Assembly: GCA_964016885.1 (NCBI GenBank)
Contig: OZ024742.1
Span: 66,402,001 to 66,466,000, forward strand
Direction of reading: 5' to 3'
Origin: Eledone cirrhosa
Taxonomy: Eukaryota
Length of the DNA stretch: 64,000 bases
The notes under the pieces were generated by a model, which had not been told where the DNA came from, ran no database searches, and saw only the letters and a list, made by a program, of their open reading frames with translations. Shown piece after piece: positions 27,367 through 41,716 of this stretch. Position numbers and translations under genes: made by a program. The first letter of the stretch is position 1. Each line of letters starts with the position of its first letter.

Positions 27367-27930
27367 ATAATTGTTTCTATTTTTGGCACAAGGCCAGCAA
27401 TTATTTCGGTGCATTACTGGTACTTTATTTCATCGACCCCGTGAGGATGAAAGGCAAAGCCAACCTCGGCGGAATTTGAGCTGATACTGTAAAGGGACGT
27501 AACTCTATGTTGCAAAGCATGGTGTCCGACCCTCTACCGATACTTCCAAGTAATAATCGTTTCTACTTTTGGCACAAGGCCAGCAATTAACCAGTGCATT
27601 ACTGGTATCTTATTTTATCGACCCCGTAAGGATGAAAGGCAAAGTTTACCTCGGCGGGATTTCAACTCAGTATGGAAAGGGCCGTAACTCTATGAATCAA
27701 ATCATGGCGTCCGGCACTCTACCGATACTACCAATCCACCCTGCCAAGTAATAATTGTTTCTACATTTGGCACAAGGCATTACTGGTACTTTATTTTATC
27801 GACCCCGTAATGTTGTAAGGCAAAGTTGACCTCGACAGGATTTGAACTCAGAATGGAAAGGGCCGTAACTCTGTCCGTCAAATAATGACATCCAACCCTC
27901 TACCGATACTGCCAATCCACCGCCCTGCAG
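27367..27930 (-). mobile_element. Three head-to-tail tRNA-derived SINEs
   Basis: Three repeats of GTTTCTA..GGCACAAGGC..CGACCCCGT..CTCTACCGATAC. Confidence 0.9.
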
Positions 27931-28104
27931 GTAATAATGCTTTCTAATTCTGTATAAAGACAGAGAAGAAAATAAACAATATGGAACAGAGTATTTGATG
28001 GGTGCGTTATATATTTGATCCTGAAGAATGAAAATCAAATTTGCTGTCTGTCGTATTAGGAGTCCAAAAAAGAATTCATTCTGTTATGGTTGATATGATA
28101 ATAA

Positions 28105-28312
28105 TAATAATGGTTTCTACGTTTAGGCACAAGGCCAGCAATTTGAGGGGGAGGGGAAAGTCGATTAAATCAACCCCAGTGCAGTAGTAGTGCTTTAATT
28201 TATCAATCCAGTAAGGATAAAAGACAAAGCTAACCTCGGCAGGATATGAACTCAGAACATAAAGGGCCGTAACTCTATGTAACGAAGCATGTTGACCAGC
28301 GCTCTACCGATA
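28105..28312 (-). mobile_element. tRNA-derived SINE, longer variant with GGGGGAGGGG insert
   Basis: Same head, core and tail as the other SINE copies. Confidence 0.82.
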
Positions 28313-28319
28313 CAACTAA

Positions 28320-28905
28320 AATCAAAGCGAACCTCAATTCTATCGTCCCGAATTCCTTTCCTCTCGAGACAAAATTTCCTTTGTCCATGGTAGCTAATTC
28401 CACCTTGTTGATTGTGGCTGTTTTTTCTGCGACGCTATATTTATTTTCTTCGTTGGCATCGGTAGTAGCGTCGCCGCTGTAGTTGGAAGCGGTGGTGATA
28501 CTGGAGAAAGTAGGAAAACCTTCAAAATCTATGACTATGTTTTGTTTGTAGTAGTAGTAGTAGTAGTAGTAGTTGTGGTTGTTGTTGTTGCTGTTGTTGC
28601 TTTTGACGTGTTTGGGGGTACAATTATTGCTAGCCTAGCTTTGTTTGCTGCTACGCAAATTGCTGTAACATTCTCCCGACTCACTGAAGCAGATTCTAAA
28701 TACGGTGAATTATGATTTTTGAATTTTCGTGGAAAATGGTAATAAAGTCTCACTTTGGAAGGGGCCTTTTACCTGTGTCACGATGGTTACTAGAATGATT
28801 TTGCCCGGCGGATCTAAACAGCCTTATCTAATCGAATGTTTCAAAGTTTTGTGGAAATTGTCGACAATAATAGCACAAAACAGCGTCGCATGAACCCCAG
28901 TGAAA
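28320..28905 (-). mobile_element. 5' end (UTR plus ORF1 start) of a second Tx1/L1-like family
   Basis: Thr-rich N-terminus, then FVSRGKEFGTIELRF resembling FIWKGKLYGSISVLM of the 42-kb ORF1. Confidence 0.55.
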
Positions 28906-28907
28906 TG

Positions 28908-30105
28908 AATAATAATGATGATAAAATAATAATATCTTTACTGGCCACAATGGCTGACATATAGGTGACTATATAAAAGACAGGGAAGGCAAGGGTTCAT
29001 AATAACAAATAAAAGATATACAACAGATAACAATAAACACTAAAAAAATAAGGAAATTCTCCAATGGTGGGTAGTACAATCTAGAGGTCACTTAGAATAC
29101 CGACCCTGCTCTCCAGGTGAACCTAGGAGGTTGACCCTCACCTCTCTAAACTCTCCAGCCTACATGTACCTGGCCCGTATAGGCTCATCCATTCGGACAT
29201 CCTCGCTAAATTCATTCACCTTTTAACAAATGTGCTGGGGTGGGGAGGAGCAATTCCATCTCCACCTTCAGTTCATTTATAATTGGAACTTGAAAAAGTT
29301 TATGAATGTTTGGTCGAAGAGGAATATGTCAGTCTTTACTCTCTTCTGGCGTGTCCAAAACACCACCTCTTTCGCTTCAGCCACCAGGCAGAGAAATACT
29401 GCATACCCCTGCCTATCCAAATTAAGATAGGTGGGCGATCTTCAGGATGGTCTCAGTCAATAACAGGATCCGTCCTACACGTGTTAATAGTTGTTCTACA
29501 AGAGCACATTTCGGACAGACGCTTCTGAAAGCACTCCCGTAGAGATTGTCTCGAAACGGCGGTGCCAGTCGGTAGCAATACCAAGCCAAGCATTTCTGAA
29601 TGTTGTCCATAGACTTCGAAACGGAGTGGTCAGTCTGTTTTCTTCGACGCCCAGAGCCTCTCCGAGAACGTCGTCGCACATGCCCACCACAAGTGTAATT
29701 TTCACTGACTGCAATGCCCGACTGGTAGGGACAATGAGTTACTGACAGCACTTCAGATGTCAGGTGCCATGTATCTGTTTTCGCTTGATCAACGACAGCA
29801 GCTCAGCCAAAAAGACTATCTACGGAAATACTTCTCTGACAAACAGAGACCAGGCTTATTCACCGTTTAGGAATATCCGGGGGTGGCGCAGGCTCAGTAC
29901 ATGCTTGTGCATCATCATCCATGGCACTCCCAATCTTCCCCACAGAGGGTGCTGTCAGCAGATGGACCGCCTCGCCAATGGAACCTGTCTTTTCCACAAG
30001 GCTCTCGACAACGAGCGGCATAGACGGCATAGACGGGAATCGAACGCTAGATCCCTTAGTTGCTCAGACAACAGCACATCGAATATTTACAAGGGGCCAT
30101 CTGTT
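28908..30105 (-). mobile_element. Tx1/L1-like LINE 3' fragment (ORF2 C-terminus, 3' UTR, (ATT)n tail)
   Basis: CDDVLGEALGVEEN, MDNIQKCLAWYCYR..P.RDNLY..VCPKC; homologous to the 46985 ORF2 C-terminus. Confidence 0.88.
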
Positions 30106-30279
30106 AAATAACAAATAAGCTTCACAAAACGAATTGCTGATGCGGCAAATGTATAGAACAAAATATTTATTTTATCACCAAAAAGAGCAAAACAATTTCT
30201 GTCTCCCTTTTTCTCTCTCGCTGCAAACACACGCATAATCACATAACCAGAGGGGGGCAGACTCATATGTTTATTAATA

Positions 30280-30362
<83 letters not shown>

Positions 30363-30760
30363 GATAGATAGAAAGAGAAAGAAAGAAAACGACAGTGGGT
30401 GGGGGAGAGAGGAAGAAAGAGATAGAGAGAGTCAGCGAAGTAAAACCATAGATATAAATCATGGGTGTACATAGCTGTGAGCAATTGAAGCTGGTGGTAC
30501 ATTAAATGCTTCAAGCTGCAAAGTCGCCCAAATATTTAAACATGAGCTGTAATGATAACGGCTAAGGCAGCGTAATGTGATCTCAAAGCGTTCACTGTTT
30601 CCAGATAGCTAATAGAGTAAAGCACTAAGATGCTGACAACTGGCTATTAAAACAAACATATCGTCAAATGTGAAACATATATGTATGGCTGCTATCTTTT
30701 CCCTCCTTTCCTCGTCCTTGGAGTTATATTCGTTGTGTATACAAATATACAAGCTCATAC

Positions 30761-30826
<66 letters not shown>

Positions 30827-31124
30827 GTATGTGTTTGTGTTTGTGTGTGTGTGTATACACGCATGTGAGTGTATGTGTGAGTGAGTGCGTAATCGAATAC
30901 CAAGATATAAACATGAATCGAATTCACACAGGCATAACAACATAATAAGACAATAATACAAACAACAGAGAAACATAACAGTCGTTGGGTAAATGTGTAG
31001 TGAATTGGAAAATAATGTAAGTCTGTTCTTTCAGTCGTTTGTAAACAATATATACGCAATCCGTTTATGTTTGTAATACAGAACATATATTATACAAATA
31101 AACCCTCATGAACACGATCACTCA

Positions 31125-31615
<491 letters not shown>

Positions 31616-32001
31616 GCGTGTCTATGTTTCTGTCTGTGTGTCTATGTATATATACATGCTATCATTTAATGTGGAAATGTTATGCTTACTGAAGAATGCT
31701 GAAACCTACACCAAAAGATAAGTATTTTGGGGGAAAAAAACACACCAAAAATCCGATCTAAATAATTCCCGTTTACGGTATAAAGACTATGGTTTCTCTT
31801 ATTTTCCCCTTTGTTCTTCGAGCTTTGTCTTGTTTCTAAATGCTTCGTGGTTCGTGATTGGTGAATCGATTCAAAACTATTATTGTATTAAGATATTGGC
31901 AATTATGTGGTGTAGCCAGAAAAAAACAATATAAAAGGGTGCAAGAATGCACACATACATACATAGATTTATAGACACATATATATATATATGTATGTTT
32001 G

Positions 32002-32064
<63 letters not shown>

Positions 32065-33257
32065 CTACATCTGTGTGCGCGTGCGTATTTACATAGACTT
32101 GTGTATATGCATAAGGTGGTATGCTGTATGATTCGTTATATGGGAGACGAAACATGCTTTGATATTTCTATTTACTGCCCTTCACTAGGTTCTATTTTCT
32201 ATCTACATTCAACTCGTAAATAATGTTGGAGTTGTTGTCCTGGATACAGTCGTATAATGGCAGAAAACTTAGTGCGTTGGACAAATTGATGTGTAGTATT
32301 TGTTATGGCACCCTACGTCTTCATTTTAAATCATGGTTAGGTCTGTTTTACCTTTCATGCTCCCGGAATTTCTACTATACAGTACTGAACAAATACTAGG
32401 ATCTTTTTACTAACACTTTACCTCCAAATATATGATATTGAGGCTATGCTAGACACGATTATATTGATGTCGTGTGGCCAATTGTTGGGTAGAGATCTTC
32501 GAGTTGTATTTAGTGGAAGCCTTTTACATTTTGCATTGATATTACATTGAGGTGAGCATTGCTTATGGTCATTCCGGAAAAATTATATAAGAAATAAGAT
32601 TCAAGTACAAACTTTCATATAATTGATATCTGGCTATGTATATCATCCGTTCGTACAAGATCTTTTATTCTGTTACGCAAGGAGCAGTTTGTCGAATGAA
32701 TGTGACATTCGAATGCCGACAGAAACTGCACCAGAAGTGTTGGTAATATGTTGTACAGAAACAAAATGTTTTTCGAAATGAATGATCCTTCGAATATCTG
32801 CCATTTGATTTCTTGTCTGGAATCAATTGAATTACTTTACCAAGCTCTCTATCTCAGAACCGCTTATGGTATATTTTCCCCCCTCTTACAAATTTACCAA
32901 TAGTCGCAGCGTACATCGTAGCATCTTTTTATATTTGTTGTTCACAATGGCATATAATGTATCATATCATGGCATTCATGATTTGTGGTTTTACGGAAAA
33001 CATGGTATCACACTGAGTGACGAAAACAAATATTCATAGCACCATAACCAACGATTTTAGGTTTTTTCTTTTACGTTTGCTGTTTTACATGATACACACA
33101 ACTATTGCCATTGTATAACCTTGTAATACACATCTACAAAACATCATTGTCCTTCTTTACGTTCAGCTTGTGATGTTACTTAGCCAAAAGTCTGTCGAGA
33201 TTCTGCTGATGTAGGGTCAACGGTATTTACATTGAAACCATACCATCAGTTTTCTGT

Positions 33258-33452
33258 AATAATTGTTTCTACTTTTGGAACAGGCCCAGCAATTATCCCA
33301 GTACGTTGCTGGTGCGTTATTTTATCGACTCCGTAATGATGTGAAGCAAAGTTAACCTCGATGGGATTTGAACTCAGACCGTAAAATGAAGTAACTCTAT
33401 GCTGCAAAGTATGGCGCCCGACTCTCTATCGATACTGCCAATCCACCGCCCT
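33258..33452 (-). mobile_element. tRNA-derived SINE with apparent TSD (TTTTCTGTAATAAT)
   Basis: Full-length copy; TTTTCTGTAATAAT present on both sides. Confidence 0.88.
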
Positions 33453-34388
33453 TTTCTGTAATAATGTTTCATGTACCACGTTATCCAATGTGTGCAAGCT
33501 TCGTTTTAATAAATTGTTAGTTTGTGAGAGATTTTACAACCATATCTACCATTTAAAATCACATCAAAGTTGCCTGGTTTTTGACCTCTGAAAATATGCA
33601 CCATGTCTATAGAAGCATTGAACGTATCCGCCATTCAACTAATATTTTGACTTGTTAACCACGAGTGTACACATTGCCGTTATAATAACAACATCAGTAA
33701 CAACAAAATCATCAACAGCAACGATACCAAACATGGATCGAACATCATGGATCAATGTTCTACTGAAACAGAGATGAAGTTAGTCTGTAAGAAAAAGGAA
33801 AGAAGAAAATTGAATGTTCCATCATCATCATCAAACAGGCGTAACAACAGCAACTATATTAACAGCAGCAACATCTAAAACAATAAAAATAACAATTGCA
33901 ACAGCGATTCAGACGCTGGTGACGATGTAAACCCAATATAAATGAACATATATTTACGGCCATCTTATATCATTCTTAATGTCTTTCCATCATGCCTCTA
34001 CAACAGCAAACTTTATATTTTCTCAGTCCGGCATTGCCTTAAATAGTTTCCCGACATACATCAGTAATCACAAATGTTGATTTCTCAGAGTTAATTCTAT
34101 TTTTTCCGTCAAATCTTTCTGTTCTGAACAACTGCATGTTCTATAAATTCCGGCAACACGTAGTCATTTTAATATATCGTCATCCATATCAACATGAATG
34201 TCAAAAAATAACAGAAACCACGAAGACTGCATTTCCCAACATCTATTTACACGAATATGACGTCCAATGTGACCCAACACCACCACTGTCATCATAACTT
34301 AATGTACATACACACACACACACGCACGCACACACACACACACGCACGCACACACACGCACGCACGCACACACACACACACACACACA

Positions 34389-34519
<131 letters not shown>

Positions 34520-34602
34520 ATAATAATAAATGTGAAGACTAAAATCCAAAGAGGGCTCGATAAGGATAAATATACATTAAATATATAAGAACCGTAGAGC
34601 AA

Positions 34603-36205
34603 ATATTTATTAAAATAACAGATTAAAGTTTAAGCAAAGAATTGCTGCTTTCACGCTTAACGGGATCTTCTGAAACTAACAAAGTCAATCTGTGAACGCA
34701 GAAGTGAATATTTCAAAAAAAACGTTGCAACCGGTTCCCTGGCAAAGAACGGGAAAAAACGAATATAATACGTCATTATTTGGAGCGGTGAAAAACAATT
34801 GCACGCAAAGACAAAACCAGGTGTATGGTATAAAAGAAGTCGTAGACTAATATTCTACTAGGTGGTTCATAGAGACGTTCTCTGGCAATGAACGGAAAAA
34901 ACGAAGATAATACGTCATATGTGAAGCGTGGAGAACAATTGCACGCAAAGACAAAACCACGTAAATGGTATAACTGAAGTCGTAGACTAAAATTCCAACT
35001 AGGAAACCGAATGATTCTCCGCTTCAGAGTTAAGAAAGTAAATAAAATACAGAGGTAATTGAAATTAAATAAATACATACACGCATCCAAATACGTACAT
35101 ACACAATCATACGCGAAAACACTCGCCATAGGTATACAAATATACGCATATATAAATAGGTGTGTGTGTGAGTGTGTGTGCGTGTATACAAATAATTGAA
35201 TAAACGTATATAAATAAATAAATACGTATATAACAAGCGCACACACATACCTACATGTAAATACACAAATGTTCGGAGACGTACGTCAACCAAAACACAA
35301 AGTACACATATACACACACCCTACATACGTACGAGAAAGTATACGTACCTTCACAAAACATACAGGTAATATATACTTACCTATGAAAATAAGTAATGGT
35401 AGAAACGTACCATATACTTAGCTACAACATCAAGACGTAAAATATCCGCGTATAGATCGTACTATCCGTTAGGGTATAATGTGGGGCTGTAATACAGGAA
35501 AGTTTTGTGCAATTTATGTTTACAAGCCGAAATTGCTTCAGATTTTTTGTTTAAGATGTGGTCTGTGGCGTAGAGTATTTTCAGGGCCTCAGCAGCACAG
35601 AGGTTATATGGTCTTTTATTTCCGTTATAAGATCTAGCCCTAGCTAGGATCTCCCAGTGTAACTTATATTGGGTGTGGTTGTCTTTTAGACTCCAGATAT
35701 AAGCTGAAAGTGACGTCATATTCCTTCTTAGAGGGTAACTAAAAGAATGGGTATGCATGTAAAGACGCTTCTTGAATCTATTGGCGGTTAACCCTATGTA
35801 GGCCCTACGGGACGTGGGTGTTTCAACCTTACATTTGTAGACAATGTTACTAGAGAAGCATTTCCCGGATAGGGGTCAATCAACCCGATTCCTACAATTA
35901 CAGTTAGTACTGACTACAGGGTTGCACGTGTTCCTACGGCTAGGTCTTTATGAACCACCTAATAGAATATTAATCTACGACTTCTTTTATACCATAAATC
36001 TTTGCATGTAATTGTTTTTCACCGCTCCAAATAATGACGTATTATATTCCATTTTTCCCGTTCTTTGCCAGGGAACCGATTGCAACATTTTTTGAAATAT
36101 TCACTTCTGCGTTCACAGATTGACTTTGTTAGTTTCAGAAGATCCCGTTAAGGGTGAAAGCAGCGATTCTTTGCTTAAACTTTAATCTGTTATTTTAATA
36201 AATAT
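34603..36205 (-). mobile_element. Penelope-like 3' fragment (GIY-YIG, about 35462-35915) with inverted pseudo-LTR (34603-34877 / 35944-36205)
   Basis: CNCRNR..PLSGKC..NIVYKC..AYIGLTANRFKKRLYMH..TSLSAYIWSLK..NLCAAE..LNKKSE..CKH; inverted repeat of about 270 bp. Confidence 0.9.
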
Positions 36206-36270
36206 ATATATATATATATATATATATTAATTAAAAATATTAACAAAATAGACATTCCTGTGATCAAGTA

Positions 36271-36337
36271 TATTTTATTATATATATTTCATTGGTACTG
36301 AGCTATCTTCGACAGTATGTCCTCATCAGATAAAATA
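36271..36337 (-). ncRNA. Hammerhead motif, same family as 3896-3954
   Basis: TATTTTAT-CTGATGA-GGACATACTG..CAGTA..-GAAA-TATATA-TA-ATAAAATA; base of helix II degenerate. Confidence 0.65.
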
Positions 36338-36450
36338 AGATGATGCATGACTTACCCCGACTTAGTTGATGGTTAAGATTCAGTCATGTTAGTTGATTCA
36401 GTCATTCTTTGATTTATTCATTGAACCATGTTTAACCTTTAAATATATAT

Positions 36451-36507
<57 letters not shown>

Positions 36508-36905
36508 TTGCCCTTATTTTTCAACTTTCTAAAAGTTTAGCTCTCAGCCCCCTATCTTGTTCCAATTGACAAAAAACAATCTCTGCAAAACTCTAGCTCA
36601 GGCGGACAACTGCAATATGATCCTCATCGAGTGTGAAATTTTCGCCCGAAAAGTCATTTTTTCAGATATAATTTTTAAAAATCTTGGTATTAGAAAAATA
36701 AGTGACAATAAATATAACGAGGGAGGCAACTTTCAAAGCTGGGGACAGAGCGTAGGCTTAGGACAAAAACCTATTTTTTGCTGTGGGAGCAGCAACATTT
36801 TAACTTTCGGAAAATTACCTATTGCCACCGTCATATACATATATCCGTATGTGCGTGAGAGCTGAGAGAAATGAATATATATATATGATATGTATATATA
36901 CACAG

Positions 36906-36965
<60 letters not shown>

Positions 36966-37044
36966 CCTCCTTACTATCCTTGCTTTTATATTTCTCCTTG
37001 CTTCCCTTTCCTCATTGTATTTGTATATAAACCAGTACATAGAT

Positions 37045-37815
37045 ACAAGGAGATAGGGAGAGCAAGGGTAAAAGGAGAGCAATGCAAGCAATGAGAGCAA
37101 GGATAAAAGGAGAGCAAGGACAGAAGGAAACCAATGAGAAAGGGAAACTAGGAGAGCAAGGAGAAACGGAGAAAAAGGAGCGCAAGGATAAAAGGAGATC
37201 GGGGAGAGCAAGGTGAAAAGGGGAGCAAGGAGAACATGGGAGCAAGGAGAGCAATGATAAAAGGAGATCAAGGAGAGCAATGAGAGAAGGAGAGCAAGGA
37301 GAGCAAGGAGAAAATTAGAGCTAGGAGAGCAAGGAGAAAAGGAGAGAAAGGAGAGCAAGTAGAGCAACGAAATCAATGAGAAAAGGAGTCTAGGAGCGCA
37401 AGGATAAAAGCAGACTAGGATAAAAGGACATTAAGGAGAGCAAGGAGAAAAGGAGAAAAAGAAGAGCAAGAAGAGCAATGAGCAAAGCAGAGCAAGTTGA
37501 GCAAGGGGAGCTAGTAGAGCAATGAGAAAAGGTGGGCAGGGGTAAAAGGAGAAAAGGAGAGCAAGGAAAAAGGAGAGGAAGGGGAGCAATGAGAAAAGGA
37601 GAGCAATGAGAAAAGGAGAGCAAGGATAGCAAGGATAAAAGGAGAGCAAGGAGAAGAGAAGGAAAGCAGAGCAAGGAGAGCAAGGAGGAAAGGAGATAAA
37701 GTAGAGTAAGGGGAGCAAAGAGAGCAAGGATAGCAATGACAAAAGGAGAGCAAGCAGAGCAAGGATAAAAGGAGAGCAAGGGGAACAATGAGAAAAGGAG
37801 AGCAAAGAGAGTAAG
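37045..37815 (+). repeat. Purine-rich minisatellite of GGAGAGCAA / GGA(T/G)AAAA units
   Basis: Direct reading; plus strand strongly A/G-biased. Confidence 0.9.
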
Positions 37816-38224
37816 ATTTTAATGCAAATATTGCTCAAATTATGCTGGAAGCAGACAAAGGTGAAAATATCAACTGAAGAGGTACATTCTGCATCAAAAT
37901 GACTTTTCTTCCTTTACAAACATCGAGTTTTCGTCTTTTGTAACTTCTGGTACAAAAACTTTTTTCACGAGATTTTGTATCAGCACCGATTTCCCCGACA
38001 AAGACCCTTCAAAATGGAAGGATAATATCCTGGTTCAAAAGTGGACTTGAAAAACTTGTGGAGACAGTTGTTGTGAATGATGTTGGCCAAAGAGGTGTCA
38101 AACTCATTCATGATTAAAATAACATTCCCACAAAAGATGGAAACTAAAAAAATTTGTTTTACAGATTGTTACCGAAAACCGTAAAACATACCCAACTGCC
38201 ACTAAATCCTCTCTTATAGAAAAA

Positions 38225-38492
38225 TAATTGTTTCTACTTTTGGCACAAGGCCAGCAAATACCCAGTACGTTACTGGTACTTTATTTTATGGACCGCTTAA
38301 GGATGAAAGGCAAAGTTAATCTCGCGGGGATTTGAACTCAGAATGTAAAGGGTCATAAATAGAAAAATAATTGTTTCTACTTTATGCACAAGGCCAGCAA
38401 TAATCCAGTGCATTACTGGTACTTTATTTTATCGACCCTGTAAGGATGAAAGGGAAAGTCAACCTCGGCGGGATTTGAACTCGGATCGTAAA
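38225..38492 (-). mobile_element. Two 5'-truncated head-to-tail SINEs
   Basis: Meta core and tail twice, each preceded by ATAGAAAAATAATTG. Confidence 0.85.
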
Positions 38493-38969
38493 TGCGCAAT
38501 ATTCAGTGCTCAGTATTCACATTATGTTTTTGATTCTATAGAAATTATTGTTGTAAATAAAAATGCGTTTCTCTAATAGACGTTGTGTGCTTTATTAAGA
38601 AAACCTAATATTTCTTAAGTTTTTCATGTTATTTCAGGAATTTTTAAAATTAACTATTGTTAAATCTGATTCAGAACGTTTTTAAACATTTGCTGGGTTT
38701 GCCTGGATTTGTCCACATAAATTTCTCTGAGAAGAAAAAAATATAGTCAAGATAGGGAAAAGTATACCGCTTTTGAACAGAAGTAATCGTTCCTTATACT
38801 TGAAGAGGTTTGAGGGGTATGTTCCAACTTCAAGGGGTTTGAGGGTCGTCTGAAATTTTGCATACCCTGTGTTTTTGTTGACTGAAACAGGATTAGGGCG
38901 TAGGAGCAGAAAAATCTTAACTTTCGGTAAATTACATATTGCTAAGGGCCACCATAATATATATATATA

Positions 38970-40398
38970 TGAGGTATATGCTCTTTAAAGCGATGAAATA
39001 CCAATGAAGGCTGGAAGATCACTGATGAAGGACTAAATTTATTCATATGTAACCCAATCGCAACCACGCAGCACGCCATGTTTTGATATTTCTCATATAT
39101 ATATTTTCCTCCGCAGTGACCCGTTTGTTTCTTTCTTATTGCTTCCCCTTTCTCTATATCTCTCACTTCCTTTTACCCCCTCTGAGAGTCACTCTCTCTG
39201 TTAGCCTCTTCCTCACACTTCACTCACTCACTCTCTGCTACTCCCTCTCCTACTTCCTCCCGTTTGACCTGTGCGAAATTCTTTCCTCACTCACATCGGA
39301 CCAGGTTGGATGGTCTTTATTCTCTCTCGTCTACGATTTCACAGAACTTATGTTCATCGATTTCAGGGACTTGACTCCTTCTTCCTCACTTTTCGTTGCA
39401 TTATCATATTTGTTTGTTTACTGTCTCGCTCGTTCCCCCTATTTACGTGTCCCAACGACTTTCTTTAGCCGTTGCTCGCACCAACCAGAGGTATATGGTC
39501 TTTAAAGCGATGAAATACCAATAATGGTTGGAAGATCACTGATGAAGGACTAAATTAATTCATATATATATATATATATGATAATAAGGGCGCTGCGGAG
39601 TTGCAAATGGGTTACATATGAAAAAAGTTTGTCCTTCATCAGTGATCTTCCAACCATCATAGGCATTTCATCGCTTTAAAGACCATATACCTCCGGTTGG
39701 TGCGAGCAACGGCTAAAAAAAGTCGTTGGGACACGTAAATAAAGGGGATGCGAGGGTAAACAAACAAAATGGTGAAGCAACAGAAAGTGAGGAAGAAAGA
39801 GACAAGTCCCCGATTTCTATGAATTTAAGTTCGGTGAAATCGTGAACGAGAGAATAAAGACCATCAAACCTGGTTGAAATGTGAGCAAGGAAGGAATTTC
39901 GCACAGGTCTAACGGGAGGAAGAAGGGGTCTGTTCTGCGAATTCGGTAAACATAAGTTCTGTGAAATCGTAGACGAGAGAGAGAAAAAATTCCGACCAGC
40001 TTGGCCGAGAATGTGAGAGAAAAGAATTAATCACAGGTCAAACGGGAAGAAAGAGGAGGAGGAGAGGTAGGGACAGAGAAGGATCGAGTGAAGGGTGAGG
40101 AAGAGGCTAACAGAGAGAGAGAGACTGCTAGAAAGGGTAAATATACATAGAACGAAAAAGACTTGTAGCAGCAGAGGAAAAAATATGTGTAAATATGATA
40201 ATAAGGGCGCTGCGGAGTTGCAAATGGGTTATATATGAAAAAAGTTTGTCCTTCATCAGTGATCTTCCAACCATCATAGGCATTTCATCGCTTTAAAGAC
40301 CATATACCTCCGGTTGGTGCGAGCAACGGCTAAAAAAAGTCGTTGGGACACGTAAATAAAAGGGACGCGAGGGTAAACAAACAAAATGGTGAAGCAAC

Positions 40399-40400
<2 letters not shown>
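38970..40400. repeat. Two related non-coding tandem units in opposite orientation (517-bp and 617-bp periods) joined at (TA)n
   Basis: GAGGTATATG at 38971/39488; GATAATAAGGGCGC at 39580/40197; the blocks are diverged reverse complements. Confidence 0.85.
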
Positions 40401-40456
<56 letters not shown>

Positions 40457-40677
40457 ATGATATTAATAAATCGAAACTATATGTATAAACCATATTTATC
40501 TATTATATATATATTGCAAGGGCAAAGTGTGTATCCCGATGACGTCCGTTGCCCCTGTATCATGAATTTGTATGTGTTTGGTTATGCTGAGAATGTTTTG
40601 GCTAGAGATCCGAATGACGTTATTAGTTTCACTTTAAATCTAGTGCAGTATTTATCATGAAGATCAGGTGGAGATAA

Positions 40678-40712
<35 letters not shown>

Positions 40713-41716
40713 GTGCGTGTGAGATATGTAAACAACCACACACACACACACACACACACACGCATATGTGTGTGTGTGATGACAATAAAGCTGCATTACC
40801 ACTTGTCACCGTCCTTGATTTAACTTGTAAGTGAAATGCTAAAAGGATGCTAAACATGAATATATCATGCGTTCTACTCTTGTTAATGTAACATATGAAC
40901 ATGTATCCCGTTTTCATATATCGAAAATTTACACTCATCACTACTTTTATATCAATTAATCATGGTCCATGTTTTCCATTATTTGTGCTGACAAATATTT
41001 AGCAACTCATACCCATATAAGCGATATGTATATGTACATGTGTACATACAAAATATGTGTCTGTGTTTTGTTTCTGTACAAATGGATTTATTTATGCATA
41101 TTTTATTTATTTGAGGATTTACTCTGCAGTTGAGGACATCCTTTGCCGTTAACTGATGGAATGTCAGAGGAAAATAGAATAAAATGTGACTAACATAAAT
41201 AAAAAATACAAGAAAGACAAAAGAAAAAAGATTAACAACCTGAAAAAAAAAGAAATATAATCACGAAAGTAAATATAATGTAAATGATTTTAAAAGCATG
41301 AAAGCAAACCACACACCCCCATATACATGTAAATATATATATATTTACATATATCAATACAATGAAATTTGCAAGCTAAGGAATTATATAAATAATGGAA
41401 TAGGTAAAAAATAAATATAAAAATATAAAATAGGAAACTTTACAGAGTGTGATATTAACGTACCCGAGCTCTTATGTGCAAATCCAAATAGGAGCACCTG
41501 CCACAATCTATCTCGAAGAAGATAGACGTGTTTTTGTTTCGCTCCTGCATTTTGTCGGAATTTATTACGAGAAGCGGTAGGTTTGTTTAAGCTACTTGGT
41601 ATTTGTTGTGTTTAACCCTCGCCTGGGGCTGCAGACGTTGGGTAAAATAAATTTCGCCCCTTTTTGGGTCGAAATTTGATAGTTATAAGTTATCGTTAAA
41701 AAGTCGTTTAGTGAAA

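Larger units (their letters stand above)
36502..38957 (+). mobile_element. hATm-like DNA transposon remnants interrupted by satellites and SINEs
   Basis: Transposase-like C-terminus at about 37930-38200 (FPDKDPSKW, VVVND...RGVKLIHD, FLQIVTENRKTYP); similar subterminal block at 36785-36825 and 38900-38942. Confidence 0.55.

Noticed and set aside
27367-27930. Regularly spaced repeats superficially like a CRISPR array
   Set aside because: The units are whole SINE copies of about 190 bp in eukaryotic DNA, with no unique spacers or cas genes.
32460-34240. Non-repetitive stretch that might hold host exons
   Set aside because: Only short ORFs and no recognisable motif.
36130-36175. CAGAAGA-TCCC..GGGT-GAAAGC hammerhead-like motif in a pseudo-LTR
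   Set aside because: U4 is replaced in both copies and helices I and III could not be formed convincingly.
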